Positions 26,700 to 40,257 of a stretch of DNA of 64,000 bases are shown one piece after another. Position numbers and translations under genes: made by a program. Position 1 is the first letter of the stretch, and every line of letters begins with the position of its first letter. The notes below the pieces were generated by a model. The model saw only the letters and a program-made list of their open reading frames with translations, was not told where the DNA came from and made no database searches. Source of the DNA: Octopus bimaculoides (taxonomy: Eukaryota); assembly GCF_001194135.2 (NCBI RefSeq), contig NC_068988.1, forward strand, positions 17,200,680 to 17,264,679. Direction: 5' to 3'.

Positions 26700-27565
26700 T
26701 ATATTCTGATCTGTCCTCCATTCTCATAATACTGAACATGTTTATCGTCTTATGGCATATGGATATTACATATGTTAATATTGCTTGACTGACTTCATAG
26801 ATAATCATATTAGTCCAGGGTAATACTTAGCTAATGATTTCTAGTTTCTGGTTAAATTTAAATCTTTAGCATTTACCCAAATATTAAAGGTCCTAGCTAA
26901 TATTGTAACAAATTATCATGTTTCGAGTTAAAATTGACATATCTCTGTAATACATGTCTGCATATATTCGTGTAAATCATTCGATATGTCAATGTATTTC
27001 AACATGTACTTTATGATTTAAGATTGTTTAATTAAATGCGTACTATAGTGTATACATAACAGAGATTAGCTTCCTTGTGAATATATATATAAATATAGAT
27101 ATAGTTATAATTTTCTTGTTTTAAATTATACCGAATGTACACGTGGTTAGTCATGGAAGTGTATGTATGTTTTGAGCAGACAAGTGTTTATATGATTTGA
27201 TTATTTCGAGAATGGCCTTGTCTGTTATTTCTGAAAATGTGACTGTATTTTCAATATCCATTTTTCTCTATTGCTATAAGGTTTCTGCATATTTCCTGCG
27301 TATATTGTATGTGTATAGGCATCCACGTTCGCTTACGTATAGCAGCAATGGTTCATGTTTCTGGATTTACATACTTTTCAAATAATATGAGTTCCCCGAA
27401 ATACAAGTAAAAATATAATTTAATAAATGTAACTGAATTTTAAGGAGGTATCATGTTATTCTTCTGGGTTTTGGTTTTATATAGTTTATTTAAATTAAAT
27501 GCTCTTGCTGTCAGTGTACAATTATGTTTTGAGGGCACCACACATACACATAGACACACACACAC

Positions 27566-27621
<56 letters not shown>

Positions 27622-27642
27622 GCATGCATATATATATATAAA

Positions 27643-27685
<43 letters not shown>

Positions 27686-30600
27686 ATGTCTGTGTGTGTG
27701 TATGCTTATGAGTGTTTATAATCTATGCATATGTGCGTCTATTGTCTCTCATTTTATATTTCACATATGCTTCTGAAATTTTTGAGCACACGTCTTATCA
27801 ATTATATGATAAATTAGCATTTCTCTTTTAGAATTCTGGGACAGACTCTTCCGTTTCTTTACGAATACACTCGTATACTTTGCACTAAAATTATATTGGG
27901 CAAAATGCAATAAGTTTTTGCCACCAAAATGGTGAGAGAGTATTTCTGATTTTAGGGGTTTTGCAGCTAAATTACGCCATGTCTAAACCGTGATCTTCTT
28001 TAAGCAACTGATATGTCTTAACAACCACATACATTTGCATGAAATAAAAATTGAGTTCATGCTCAAAAATTATCAATATATAATTATGTGTGTGTGTGTG
28101 TGTTTCTGTTTCTATATATGTACGCAGACAGACTTACAGACAGACACAGATTCACACACATGCATACACACACACATTGTAATGTTTTGCTAAGTTATAG
28201 TGATGCTATTTGTCCTGTTTTTAGAAGTCAGAATGCATATGCATCATAATAAAGCATTTGTTGTGTACAGAATTCATTCCATAATTTCTTACTCCTTTAT
28301 CATTTTTTGTTTGTGTGTGCGCTGTGTGTACTAAAGTACTGATTTCACAATGTTCTTCCAAAATTGTTTTCCGACATTGTATCTCTTATAATTCAAAACA
28401 TAATCATCATTGCCTTTCTTTTCTAAATACTTTGATTCCGAGTAATACAGAAGACCATATTTAAATAAAGTTTTGACGGTATTTCGAGGTGAACACAATG
28501 GATTTGGACACGCGTCTATTTGAAAGGTTATCATTCCTGGTGGAATTCATTTAAAAAGTACAATCAATCATATAATCATGATTCGTATAGAGATGTAGCT
28601 ATGTAAGAAGATGAAAGCTAATATAGGATATGTCGAAATATCTGTACAATATCGTAAAATGATAATATATGTCGATCTATCTGAACAATAACATTAAATG
28701 ATAAGATTATGAAACACAAATGCAAGGTTTGGAGGTTCACAGACGCGTCTAGTCGGCCCCAAATATCTTCAGTTTAATTTTTGAATATCCTTCAAATGAA
28801 AGCTACTCATTGTGACTAATCTTATACTAATTCTACTTATTACGTTCCTTAGCCCGTCGTTAGCCCGCTTTCACGTGATTAGAGAAAAAGGAGAAAGAAA
28901 AATGGAGAGAGAGAAAGATAGATAAGTGACCATGACGGTGAATGTAAATGTAACACTTTCAAGCAATTAGTTGACGGGAAAGAGCGGGGAAAAAAAGAGA
29001 GAAAATTCAGATAAGGCGAAGTGTGAGATAGAAAGAAGACAGTAAATAGTGAGAGAGCGTATATGACATATGGTAGGGGAATGTAATATTTATTACGTGG
29101 TTAAAAAAGTTAGTTGAAGGTCGTGATACAGAGAAAGTGAGTTAGAAATATAATTTTAGCAGAGGGGTGATGTTCTGATAGTGAGGTTAAAGAAAGGCAG
29201 AGAAAGAGGGGGAGAGAAGGGAGACACAGAGAGGGGAGAGAAAGAGGGGGTAGTGAGAGGGAGAGAGAGAGGGAGAGAGAGAGGGAGAGGGGAGGAGATG
29301 ATGATAATGATGGTGGTGGTTGTGGTGGAGACGGTGATGGAGTTGGTGGTAGTCCGTGGATCGTAAAAAGTGTATTTTTTCTTTTAATTGAACTACGTTT
29401 TTTATATAATCTATCAACAGACGCGCATAAGTGTAATTCCGTGAAATATTCGCGCTTATGTACGTCGCACATATATGCAATTTAACTAAAGGTTGTATGA
29501 TATGTACAGGATACTTTTTGGTGGGGGGGGGTTTATGGGGAAAATGGAAAATAGGAGTGAATAGTTATTTTATGAGTGCTGTGTCTTATGTTTATAAAAT
29601 TGTGCATAAAGTATATAAAGTGTATATATATAGTGCATTAAGTAATCATCATATTCTAATTTCTTTCACTTTTCAATGAGAAGCAGATGCTACGGTCTCA
29701 CTTGTAGAAATGAATATCTTTACTGAGACACCTACATTTTTGAAGGGTTAAAATTTATTAAAAATTTTAAACTGTGCTATATGAATATATTTTAGATTAC
29801 TTTAGTTTGCTGATAGGTTTGTTATTTAAAATGTATTTATTTCATCAAAAGTAAGAGCTAAACATTATATAAATCCTTGTATCTGAAAAGATAAGGGTCA
29901 TGGAGAGGAGGAGATCCCTATAAAATATAACTAGAAAGCGGATATCTTTGAAATGTCTACCAATCAAAATATAAGGATAATCTTAGTATTAAAACTTATA
30001 GGGTTGACCATATGATGGAATTACTTAAGGAATTTTGTATTAATGGAAATAATAAAATGTTGTTTACATTTATATAGCCCTTCTTTAATATTCAAAAGCA
30101 TTAATTAAAAGCTGTCTGCAGCAGAAGAGAGGTTTTCAAAATGTTACTTTGCGAAATCCAGTCTGAAATGGTGTTGTTAAGAGAACATTTTATCCACAAG
30201 ACTCTACTGCATGTATCTGCTCCCTTTTAAAATTCTCTCTATATGGGCAGAAATTGATTCTAAAATTGATTCTAAAATTAAAAGAATAAGTTAGCTTCCA
30301 TCCAATCAGAAAAAACGAATTTCTCGAAATGTTTTTCCTATTCTATGTTATGGTTCATGAAGAAATCACGAGCAAAAGTGTCTCTTGCAATTTTGAATCT
30401 GTTTCGTATTCAAGATTTCGTTCTGTACATAATTCGATTTTCTCGCCGGCAAAACTTTTATATGAATTTCTATTCCGTTAATGTCTTATCTCTCACAGTT
30501 GAATGAACACAAAAGCAATATAGTTTTTCTTCTTTACAGAGTTTGAAATATCAGAGATCCTGGAAACGTCGTTAGTTACTGCGTAGATTTTATTAGCTGT

Positions 30601-31779
30601 CATTTATCGATGATGTATTTATGCAAACGTATGTCTTTATTCTTTAACTTACTTAACTTCGATAGTTTTATAGATTTCAGCTTCATTGTATTTCAATTTC
30701 TCATTTTGTTAAACAAAACTTGAGGTGAGAAATCTTAGATATATAACACTTAATTGTATTATAAACATACATTCATACCTGATTAATTATTCATAATTAT
30801 GAATTATGCAATTTCAGATAAACGAGACAGCAGACTATTCAATAAATATGTATATGAGTGTAACTGTGTGTTTGCTTTTCTGTCTGTGTTTATGTGCCTG
30901 TGTGTGCATATTTTTAACTTCATACTCACATGCAAATACATGTATCACATATATAGAGATAAGACTATGGAAAAGAGGAAAGAGCATTTCTAATGAATTC
31001 ACTGTTCGTGACAAAAAGCAAGAAGAAAAAAGAAACTGAAAAAACTGTTTGATGATCATTTATCAGCTAAGAATATCGATCGACCAGCGAGAACTTTGGA
31101 CTGTATTTCTTACAAACTGAAATTACTTCGTATTAGCGATAACCTTGCTTGATTCAATGGGTTCATCTGATATTACACGATTCGCTATGAAGAATTAATT
31201 CGCAGCAGACACAACCAATAATCTTAGAGAATGTTATCGGTGGAACAACTAAAAATAACAAAATATCAACTGTATGAGATTTGCGAAAGATTTGCAAATT
31301 GATATAATTAGCAATGATACTTCAAGGAAATGTCTTGCAAGGATAACGTTTAGCATTCTACTTCACTTTCCCTCTTATTTAGATTTTACTAGTAGCAGAG
31401 ATTATTTGTGTGTATGGCTGTTCTTATATATGTGTGTGTATGGTATTGAATTTATTTGGAAATCATCCGTTGACTTTGAAAAATATTTACATTTTGTGCG
31501 GCGTTTTTTTTTTGTGTGTAATTGTTATTTAGAGGAATCAGAGAGGTTATTTTGCTTTTCTTATTTTATTACTCGTCTGGGAGCAAGAAATGCCACGCAG
31601 TCTGGAGAAGAAATTTGTTTCCCGCGCATCCTTTTACATTATATTTATAAACATGGCATCCAGTGAAGTGGTAGTAAGTACTCACAATTGGTAGCATTAT
31701 GCTTCGCAATGAAGTGAGTGACTTATACTTTCCTTTCTACAACACAAAGCAAATGTAAAATTACGATGCAATACCCTTA

Positions 31780-32620
31780 CAATAGAAAAGAAAGAAAACA
31801 TGTCTCCAATATTAATTTTAGTAGAATATTAATGAGGAGAATTATCAAAAATAACATCAGAAGCAACGGAAAGAACCACAGTTCGACAGCAATTTTAACG
31901 ATTATGAAGGTATGACCCAGACAAAAATTTGAAAACAATAAGAAATGAGATATGTGAACAGAAATCATGCTGCTATTATATCAATTTCTGGAAGGTAGAC
32001 AAACGAGTACATGACATACATCTGCTTCTCAAACGAAATTCACTTTCAGAATGCATTTAAATGGAGGCACCGAAGCTGCGCCTCTCAGGATGTGGGTAGG
32101 ATATTTACATCAAAAGGGTTTAAGTATATGGAAGAAAAAGAGTCAATTACTGCTCACGCGTTACACATCCAGCCGTCAAATGCTATACCGGCATATGTAA
32201 CGATAAATACGAAAGAAACTTCAGAAGTAAATCAATTCTTTGCTAAAAGGGTTTTATGAGTAAACATTATCGATTCGTAGCGCGAAGACAAGAGACCAAT
32301 AAAACTAAAATTGGAGACTGGGACGGAAACTCTAATTGCTAACTACACCATAGTCGCCAAAAGACATCTCAGAGATATATATCCCATCAACTTTTTAAAT
32401 TTCCAGTTGGTTAAGTTCTTAGCTCATTGCAGATACTCATATGTTATATGTGAGATGGCATATCAGGACTTTCTAAAAAAAAAAAAACGAAGGAATGAAA
32501 ATTATGAAGAAGACATCAATAGCAGTCCGATGCAGAAGTTATGCAACCAACGGTTTCTGAGGCGCAAATCAAAGAAACACTGCGTAATAATGTAGAAGAA
32601 TTTGTTGACGAGTCAAGCCT
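31780..32620 (+). mobile_element. RTE-clade LINE remnant, reverse transcriptase region
   Basis: ILMRRIIKNNIR..GKNHSSTAILTIMK then CEQKSCCYYINFWKVDKRV resemble RT motifs (G.GTR.AI..LR; CFID..KAFDRV). Many stops. Confidence 0.55.
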
Positions 32621-33252
32621 CTGACAATTTAAGTATATTTCGGGAATTTTAAATTAACACCAAGCTCCAGGTGAGTACCTGCTTTTATCTTTTTATTAAC
32701 TGTAGCAGGAGTGATTATTAAACGTTTCAATATTAATGTCTTCGGACGTGAATGGAAGCAGATCTCGCATCATGGAATTTAACTGCGGAGGCCATCAGCT
32801 TGACTAGAATTTGTGACATTCACAAGAATTGTATAGTTCTTTCAGTCAGCTTTAATTGTGTGGGGTTTTTGAAGAATTTTGTTTCGAAGAACGTTTTCAG
32901 ATGTTAGCTTGGAATGTTTGGAAAGTGTAGTAGCCTCGGACGGCTGCGAAGCAACCAGAATTCTCCAGATGCCTGAAGTCATATCTGAGTAGATTACTGT
33001 CAATGGCACTAAGGCCTAAGCTCACACCGTTGGAATGGAGGGCTTAGAAAAGAGAATGCAACGGAGGAATCTACTTAAACATTTATCGCTGACTAATAGA
33101 TACTGCATACATTCCTTGGTTGACGTAGCATGAACTTGGGCAAACATCAACTAGGCCATGTACATTCATGCAATAAAGATGGCGCATACTGACCACATTT
33201 TCAAATGGATATTCATTATTGTTGTTGTTGTTGTTGTTGCTATTATTATTAT

Positions 33253-34165
33253 TCAGTAGGTATATTTTTATAGCGTGCTTTCACTTCGCTACCGAGCACA
33301 GCTCTGTGTGCCTTGGGTATGTGCTGTGGTTTGCTGTGATGCTCTTATGGTTACTGTATTGAAAGTGTTTTGCGTAGGATGTGTCCAGTGCCCATTAGTG
33401 CAATTTTCTCTGTTATATATACCTGTAAGTCCAGGTGTTTTTGTCATGTATTTGTCTGAATATTTGTTTATCATATCTAATGCGCCTACTATGATAGGAA
33501 TTGTTTCTGTTTTTAGATTCCACTTTCGAGTTACCTCTATTTCCAGGTCTTTGTATTTTGAAAGTTTCTCCATTTCTTTTAGGGAAACGTTGTCATCTGC
33601 TGGTATTGATGCATCAATTAGAAAGCATTTTTTTTTCTTCATGATCTCTGACAACTATATCTGGTCTATTTGCCTTAATTTCTCTATCTGTGTGTATTGG
33701 TATATCCCAGAGTATGGTTGCTTTCTCGTTTACTGTGACCTTTTCTGGCGTGTGTCTATATCATCTTTTTTTTTCCTGCTGTTATTACATAGTGTTGGCA
33801 TAACTTCCAGTGTATGTAGGTCCCAGCTCTGTTGTGCCTGTGAATATATTACTTCTTAGCCAGGAGTGGGCAGCCAGAGATAATATAGTTTGTTGTTTCT
33901 TGTCCATCGCCACATATTCTGCAGTTATTTGTTATGTTTCTTTTCTTTATATGATTTTATGTAATTTCTGGTGGGGAGGCTTTGGTCTTGTGCTGCTATT
34001 AAAAATTCGTCAGTCTCTACTTTGAGCCATGAACTTCTCAACCATTACTGGGATTTTTAGTTTAACCCAGTATTTGCCACGAGGAGGCTTTTCTTGCCAC
34101 CGTTTCATCATGGTACGTTGCTGTTCTAGTTTTAGTTTGGATTTCATTTGTTTTATAGCGTTTGT
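33253..34165 (-). mobile_element. R4/Dong-type LINE, 5'-truncated 3' end with restriction-like endonuclease
   Basis: ORF 33289-33654 CFLIDASIPADDNVSLKEMEKLSKYKDLEIEVTRKWNLKTETIPIIVGAL has the PD..D..K-type RLE signature; upstream KRWQEKPPRGKYW; 3' end CCTACTGAA(TAA)n. Confidence 0.9.
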
Positions 34166-34267
34166 TGTTTTTTCTTCTTCTTCTTCTTCTTCTTCTTCTT
34201 CTTCTTCTTCTTCTTCTTCTTCTTCTTCTTCTTCTTCTTCTTCTTCTTCTTCTTCTTCTTCTTCTTC
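34161..34267. repeat. (TTC)n microsatellite, about 35 units
   Basis: Directly visible; sits at the 5' truncation point of the R4 copy. Confidence 0.95.
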
Positions 34268-35094
34268 TCTCGCACTTATATACCTCATACATATAAACAC
34301 TGTTCAATATTCTATATAAAACAACTACTGTATATTACAGCTACCATTGCTGCGTTCTGTCTTATATTCGCCAATCTACATCTGCCTTACTGTTAAAAGA
34401 AGACCTACAACGTTCGTGGCTGTTTTTCTTTCTTTTTTTTTTTTAGAGTAAACAATATGTTAGAGATACAATAAACAATGACATTATTGTTATTGTTAGC
34501 CTCAGCACACAAATCTGATCGGGCTTGCTTTATAATCATATATCATTTGTTCTTTTGAAGCTTACCTGATGGAATAGGTTTTAGAATAATCCTAATACGA
34601 TTCGTGTCTACTAATAAAATACAGAATGTTTTGACTTTTGTGTATGGATTTTTTTAATGAATAATATTTATTTATTTATGTCTACTTTATAATGTCTGTT
34701 GACGTATTGTTCTAGTCTGACCCGAGATTATTATTGCAAACTTCACAAATATATACTTCTATACAGCATGCCCCCAAAACACACACATTTTCATGCTAAT
34801 AAACCTATAGCATACTCAAGCACTTATACAGTATAGTTGATAGATAATAATATAGATAGACATGCAAATATACAAGCATGTGCTTAAAATAATCTCTAGC
34901 AAGAAGAAGGTAGGACACATAAAGTCATATATTTCATGTTCTTGTTCATACTACAGAATATAAATGTAAAGTAATAATATATATGAAGAGAGCTTATCAT
35001 TGATTAGTTATAGGGAGTGCATTCACTATTTTTTTTTCAATCATGAGTACATACGTATTGTTCAAATTATATGCTCTTGACAATGCCAGCATCT

Positions 35095-35330
35095 CAGTCA
35101 CGTTTGCTAAGAAGATAGCTCTAGCTGATCTAATATTTGATGAAATCATTTCCACTCATAACCCGCTGTTTTTCGTGGGTGGGACGGTTTCTGTATACGT
35201 ATGGAATCCTGAAGGCCAGTATCCGGTGGGGTGCAATTTCAGAGAAATTCCACTGCAACTTTAGAGAGATTTGGTTGCAATATCTAGCAAGTCAAACGGC
35301 CTCGTACAGTATTCCTTATTAGCTTAATTA
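35095..35330 (+). mobile_element. Possible Tc1-like transposase remnant
   Basis: DLIFDEII.. followed in another frame by SIRWGAISEK resembles Tc1 FSDE and MVWGAIS motifs. Short and frameshifted. Confidence 0.3.
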
Positions 35331-37089
35331 ATCTGCTATATGTCAAACAAATCTCAAAAGTAGTAAATTTGAATGGTTCATATTACTTTGGTGTCTGTAA
35401 TAGTTAGAGATCTGTATAATTCGTGATACTTATCGTAAAATAATTAAGAATTTAAACTGGTGATTAGAATGATACTATGAAATAAAAATATACAATGAAT
35501 GTAAAATGAGAGAAACACTTTAAAAACGATGATTCCGAAGGATATAGCACTGAGGTGTGTAACAAATGATATATGATCAACATTGCTTGAGGTTATAATG
35601 TATGTTTTGAGACAACATTCAATGGCAATTGTTCATTTCTTTTTAAAGTACTGGTGTGTTTGTGTAGTCAAGCACTTTATTGTTTAAAAGTGCTTATTTA
35701 ATTGAAAAGATCATTTTTAAACATGAAGTTCATACTGCTGAAGTATGCCAGTAGTGAAGAAGCACTGCGATTTTTCGTGCTTAGAATAAAGGCATGGTTT
35801 TGATAATATAATGTATTGCTTATAGAGCAATGTATAAGTATACACCAATTAGATTTGCTTCGGAAAAGAGCGATTGTGTGTCTAAAATCCCCAATTTCAG
35901 ACATTGCCAAACAGAAAGCAAATTGTGAGGGAAAAAGGAAACTCGTTATTCATAACTGGAGAAATAAATGGAGTCAAGAGAGAACACTGATAAATTGAAG
36001 CAACAGGGCAGGAAAAGTTACAAACGAAGAAGAGGTAAATCGAGAAGAATGAAGTATTTCGAAAACCAGATGCTTTTTCAGTGTTTAAATTATGACTTTT
36101 TATCCAGTTCTACATTTCCCGTCTAAACGATTTAAACTAAAGTTATTGCCCAAAAGCATCGACGATGGTAGTTTGTGCTTTTTAGGTTGTTAGTGCTCTT
36201 GCGTTTCATGGGTTTTATGCATTTTTCAAATTACTCCGATGTTAAGTGTCCTTTTTAAAACTGTGGATAACCAGAGCTATACAAGGAGATTGCATTGGGT
36301 TGGAAGTTTGACTTCAGCTACAAAATGTATATTTGTACTCGGTTATAAACAGTTACACATATGATTAGACAAGCATTATATATATTATATATGTGTGTGT
36401 GTGTGTGTGTGTGTAATCATCATCTTCCAGTGTATTAAATCCGGGTTTTGTCCCTGTTAACGGGGGTGGCCGGATCGACCTCAATGCCATAGCAAGTGAG
36501 GCAGGCAGGTGCAGCCCACCCCAAACGTCGGGCTAGCTGGCTGTCTAGCTGGCTGGTGACCATTCTCCTTTGCTATCATGGGGCTTTATGCAGCTTGGTT
36601 TTCTTCAGGGAGCATGCCCTTACTTACCGCCAACCTCAGTTTCTAAATATGAGTGCTCCAGAGACCAAGGCCTCTACAACGATTTTTAAGAAATGTGGTA
36701 GAAAACTAGCTCAGGAAGGCAGGGACACNNNNNNNNNNNNNNNNNNNNNNNNNNNNNNNNNNNNNNNNNNNNNNNNNNNNNNNNNNNNNNNNNNNNNNNN
36801 NNNNNNNNNNNNNNNNNNNNNNNNNNNNTGTGTGTGTGTGGGTGTGTGTGTGTGTGTGTGTGTGTGCAAATGTCGGTGCGAATGCGGTGCTACACATAGG
36901 CTCACGTTTCCGATCTGAGTTAGTACGTTTTAGTTTATAAACAGGATGAACAGATTTCAGCATTTAAAAGAGAGTCGGCATGTATTTGTTTCGCATACCA
37001 CTGGAAGAAGACTCTGACCAGAGGGGACACTAACAATACATTTGTAAGTGCACCAGTCAGAACAATATTGGTTTCAATATTTGGCACAC

Positions 37090-37200
37090 GGGCATCAAAT
37101 TTGGGGAGGGAGTATGTCGATTACAACAAACTGAGTGCTCAACTGGATCTTTATGAATGACTCTGAAATGGATGAAAAGCAAATTCAACCTCAGCGGGTT
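37090..37200 (-). mobile_element. SINE family B, diverged fragment
   Basis: GGGGAGGGAGTATGTCGATTAC..GGATGAAAAGCAAATTCAACCTCAGCGG is a diverged reverse complement of the family B body and tail. Confidence 0.55.
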
Positions 37201-37522
37201 TTCCAAACTGTAGTATTGAACTATACATTATAAAACGAACACATGTCATCAACAAACAGCACCAGTGCATCATGTGTTGATTTTTATGCGAACCATTCTG
37301 TAGTTCTTTACATTTAAAATATCGTCAATGCCATAAGTGTCGTTAGACATTCGAAGAGACCAGGTATTTCTTACATATCTTTTACGTATGGCTGTAGATG
37401 ACGTATCTTCGAAGGTGCATCGCCCGTATATAATTTCATTCACATACAGAACGCCATGCAGTCCAATATTGCTATATTACACCGTCAATCTCAATGTGTA
37501 GATTTGTGTCAATGCAAGAAAA

Positions 37523-37523
<1 letters not shown>

Positions 37524-37589
<66 letters not shown>
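37524..37589. repeat. (TTA)n microsatellite at the R4 3' junction
   Basis: Directly visible. Confidence 0.95.
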
Positions 37590-37592
<3 letters not shown>

Positions 37593-39750
37593 TAGATTTA
37601 TTTTTATCACGTGCTTTCACGGTGTGCCTTGGGTTTGTGTTGTGGTTTGTTGTGATGCTCTTATTTTTACTGCATTGAAAGTGTTTTAGGATGAATGCGA
37701 TGCCTAGAAGTACAATTTTCTGTATGTTATATACACTTGCTAGTCCTAGTGTTTTTGTTATGTGTGTTTCTGTATGTTATATATACTTGCTAGTCCTAGT
37801 GTTTTTGTAATGCGCCTATTATGATAGGAATTGTTTCTGTTTTTAGATTCCACATTCGAGTTACTTCTACTTCCAGCTCTTTGTATTTTGAAAGTTTCTC
37901 CGTTTCTTTCAGAGAAACAATATTATCTGTTTGATACATCGATTAGAAAGCACGTTTCTTCTTGGTGATCTCTGACAATTATATCCAGCATATTGGCCTT
38001 AATTTCTCTATCTGTGTGTATTGGCATATCCCAGAGTATGGTTGCTTTCTCATTTTCTGTGACTTTTTTCTGGCGTGTGGCTGGCTATACCATCATTTTT
38101 CAGTTGTTATTCAATAGTGTTGTCATAGCTTTCAGTGTATATAAGTCCCAGCTCTGTCGTGTCTGTAAATATATTTCTTCCCAGCCGGGACTGGGCAGCC
38201 AAAGACAATACGATATATTGTTACTTGCCCGTCTCCACATATTCCACAGTTACTTATTGTATTCCTTTCCATCACATGCTTTTGGTAATTTCTGGTGGGA
38301 AGGCTTTGATCTTGTGTCGCAATTAAATATCCTTCAGTCTCTGCTTGAGTCCTGAGCTTCTTAGCTATTGTTTAGTTTAACCCAGTATTTGCCATGAAGG
38401 GACTTTTCTTGCTATCGTTTTATCATGATCTGTAGCTGTTCCAGCTTTAGTTTGGATTTCAGTGGTTTTACAGCTTTTGTTGTTTCTTTTTTCTTCTTCA
38501 TAGTTGTTAGGTACTATGACTTTATGTATTTGTCATCTTCCTTAAAGAATAAAAACAGTATTTTTATCTTTGGTTCGTCTTTTGTGAGTATTTGTATTAG
38601 TTTTCCTTGTTTCTAAAGTAGTTATTTCTGTAGTCCTTTAGTGGTTATTTTGTAGGTGATTCGCCTCTTCAACCTTTGATATGTTATATATATATAACAT
38701 TTCTATGTCAGATTTTGGGTGGTGCATCCTAATTCCTGTCAGTATTTTTCTTGTTTTCCTGATTACCTCATTTAGAGTCCAGTTAAGAATACTGTACTTA
38801 TAACATATAACTGGGACGGCCAGAGTGTTAATACCTATCATCTTGTTTTTTTTTTCTTTCATTGAACTCTGTTTTCAGTATTAATCTTACTCGTCTATAG
38901 TATTCTTTTCTTACCTTCTATGTCATTTGTGTATAATATCTAGTTCATTGATTCCTAAGTATTTGTATGTTTGGATTTAGTCCAATTCTCTGATTTTATT
39001 TGTTTTNNNNNNNNNNNNNNNNNNNNNNNNNNNNNNNNNNCTTGTTTCTAAAGTAGTTATTTCTGTAGTCCTTTAGTGGTTATTTTGTAGGTGATTCGCC
39101 TCTTCAACCTTTGATATGTTATATATATATAACATTTCTATGTCAGATTTTGGGTGGTGCATCCTAATTCCTGTCAGTATTTTTCTTGTTTTCCTGATTA
39201 CCTCATTTAGAGTCCAGTTAAGAATACTGTACTTATAACATATAACTGGGACGGCCAGAGTGTTAATACCTATCATCTTGTTTTTTTTTTCTTTCATTGA
39301 ACTCTGTTTTCAGTATTAATCTTACTCGTCTATAGTATTCTTTTCTTACCTTCTATGTCATTTGTGTATAATATCTAGTTCATTGATTCCTAAGTATTTG
39401 TATGTTTGGATTTAGTCCAATTCTCTGATTTTATTTGTTTTATCTAGTGTGATGTTGTTACTCTTAACTAGTTTTCCGCTTTTCAAGGTTGCTTTGGCAC
39501 ATTTTTCTGAAGTAATATATGCGAGTAAGATTGAAATATATTCTTCACGTGTCTATTTATGCATTTTTAAATTTTATTTGCGTGACATGAAAAATAATGT
39601 CCGGCCCTTTATCTTGATGGTCATCATTTTTGTAGGGTACCGGTCCGTTCATTTCTGGTGTTAAATAGTTTTGCACGTGTACTTTTTGTGTAACAAATTT
39701 AAAGCATGATGTTCCCTTTTGTTATCCTTGGATTGAATAATACATGTATT
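37589..39750 (-). mobile_element. R4/Dong-type LINE copy, apparently internally deleted
   Basis: 3' end ATCTACTGAA(TAA)n; region collinear with the 33.3 kb RLE copy; KMIGINTLAVPVI and MHHPKSDI post-RT motifs; KCAKATLKSGKL thumb region; HK*TREEYISILLAY N-terminal-like motif at ~39540. Confidence 0.85.
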
Positions 39751-39830
39751 ATTTAATTTAGTTTTCATATTTTGTGTGTGTTGGTTCGGGACGGAGATGG
39801 GCAGATGCTGATTGGATCATAATGTGGTGA

Positions 39831-40125
39831 GCATGTTTACACGTGTTGTGTGAGAGATGTAGACGATACACAGTTAAAATACACCATTTCATTTGGAAAA
39901 TATGAATAAATTTTAATGAGTATTACTTATTCGGATATAGTTCAACACTTTTAATTAATATTACTTACTCGGGTATAATCCAACACTACGTCAGGGTGAC
40001 AAGCGTGTTTACATGTTTTGTGCGAATGACAGAAACGATACACAGTTAAAATACACCATTTCATTCGGAAAATAGAAATAAATTTTAATGAGTATTACTT
40101 ACTCGGATATAGTCCGACACTTTGT
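39831..40125. repeat. Tandem dimer with ~172 bp period
   Basis: ACGATACACAGTTAAAATACACCATTTCAT occurs at 39863 and 40035; flanks are similar. Confidence 0.85.
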
Positions 40126-40257
40126 CAATTACTTCAGGTTACATTTGTTGTCTTTATTCCTGATATTTTTGGATAGATTTCAGAGCAGTGTTTTTTTATC
40201 GCTTTCACATGTTAAATACCCCCAGTGTTCTTTATTATTATTATTGTTATTGTTACT

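Noticed and set aside
30105-30200. LSAAEERFSK, resembling the hAT dimerisation motif
   Set aside because: Single short match with no supporting flanking motifs.
32700-33200. Higher-GC stretch that could be an old LINE remnant
   Set aside because: No diagnostic motif recovered by eye.
38606-39441. Apparently identical 401 bp direct duplication (38606-39006 and 39041-39441) giving twin 74 aa ORFs
   Set aside because: The copies flank a 34-N gap exactly, the signature of unmerged overlapping contig ends; most likely an assembly artefact.
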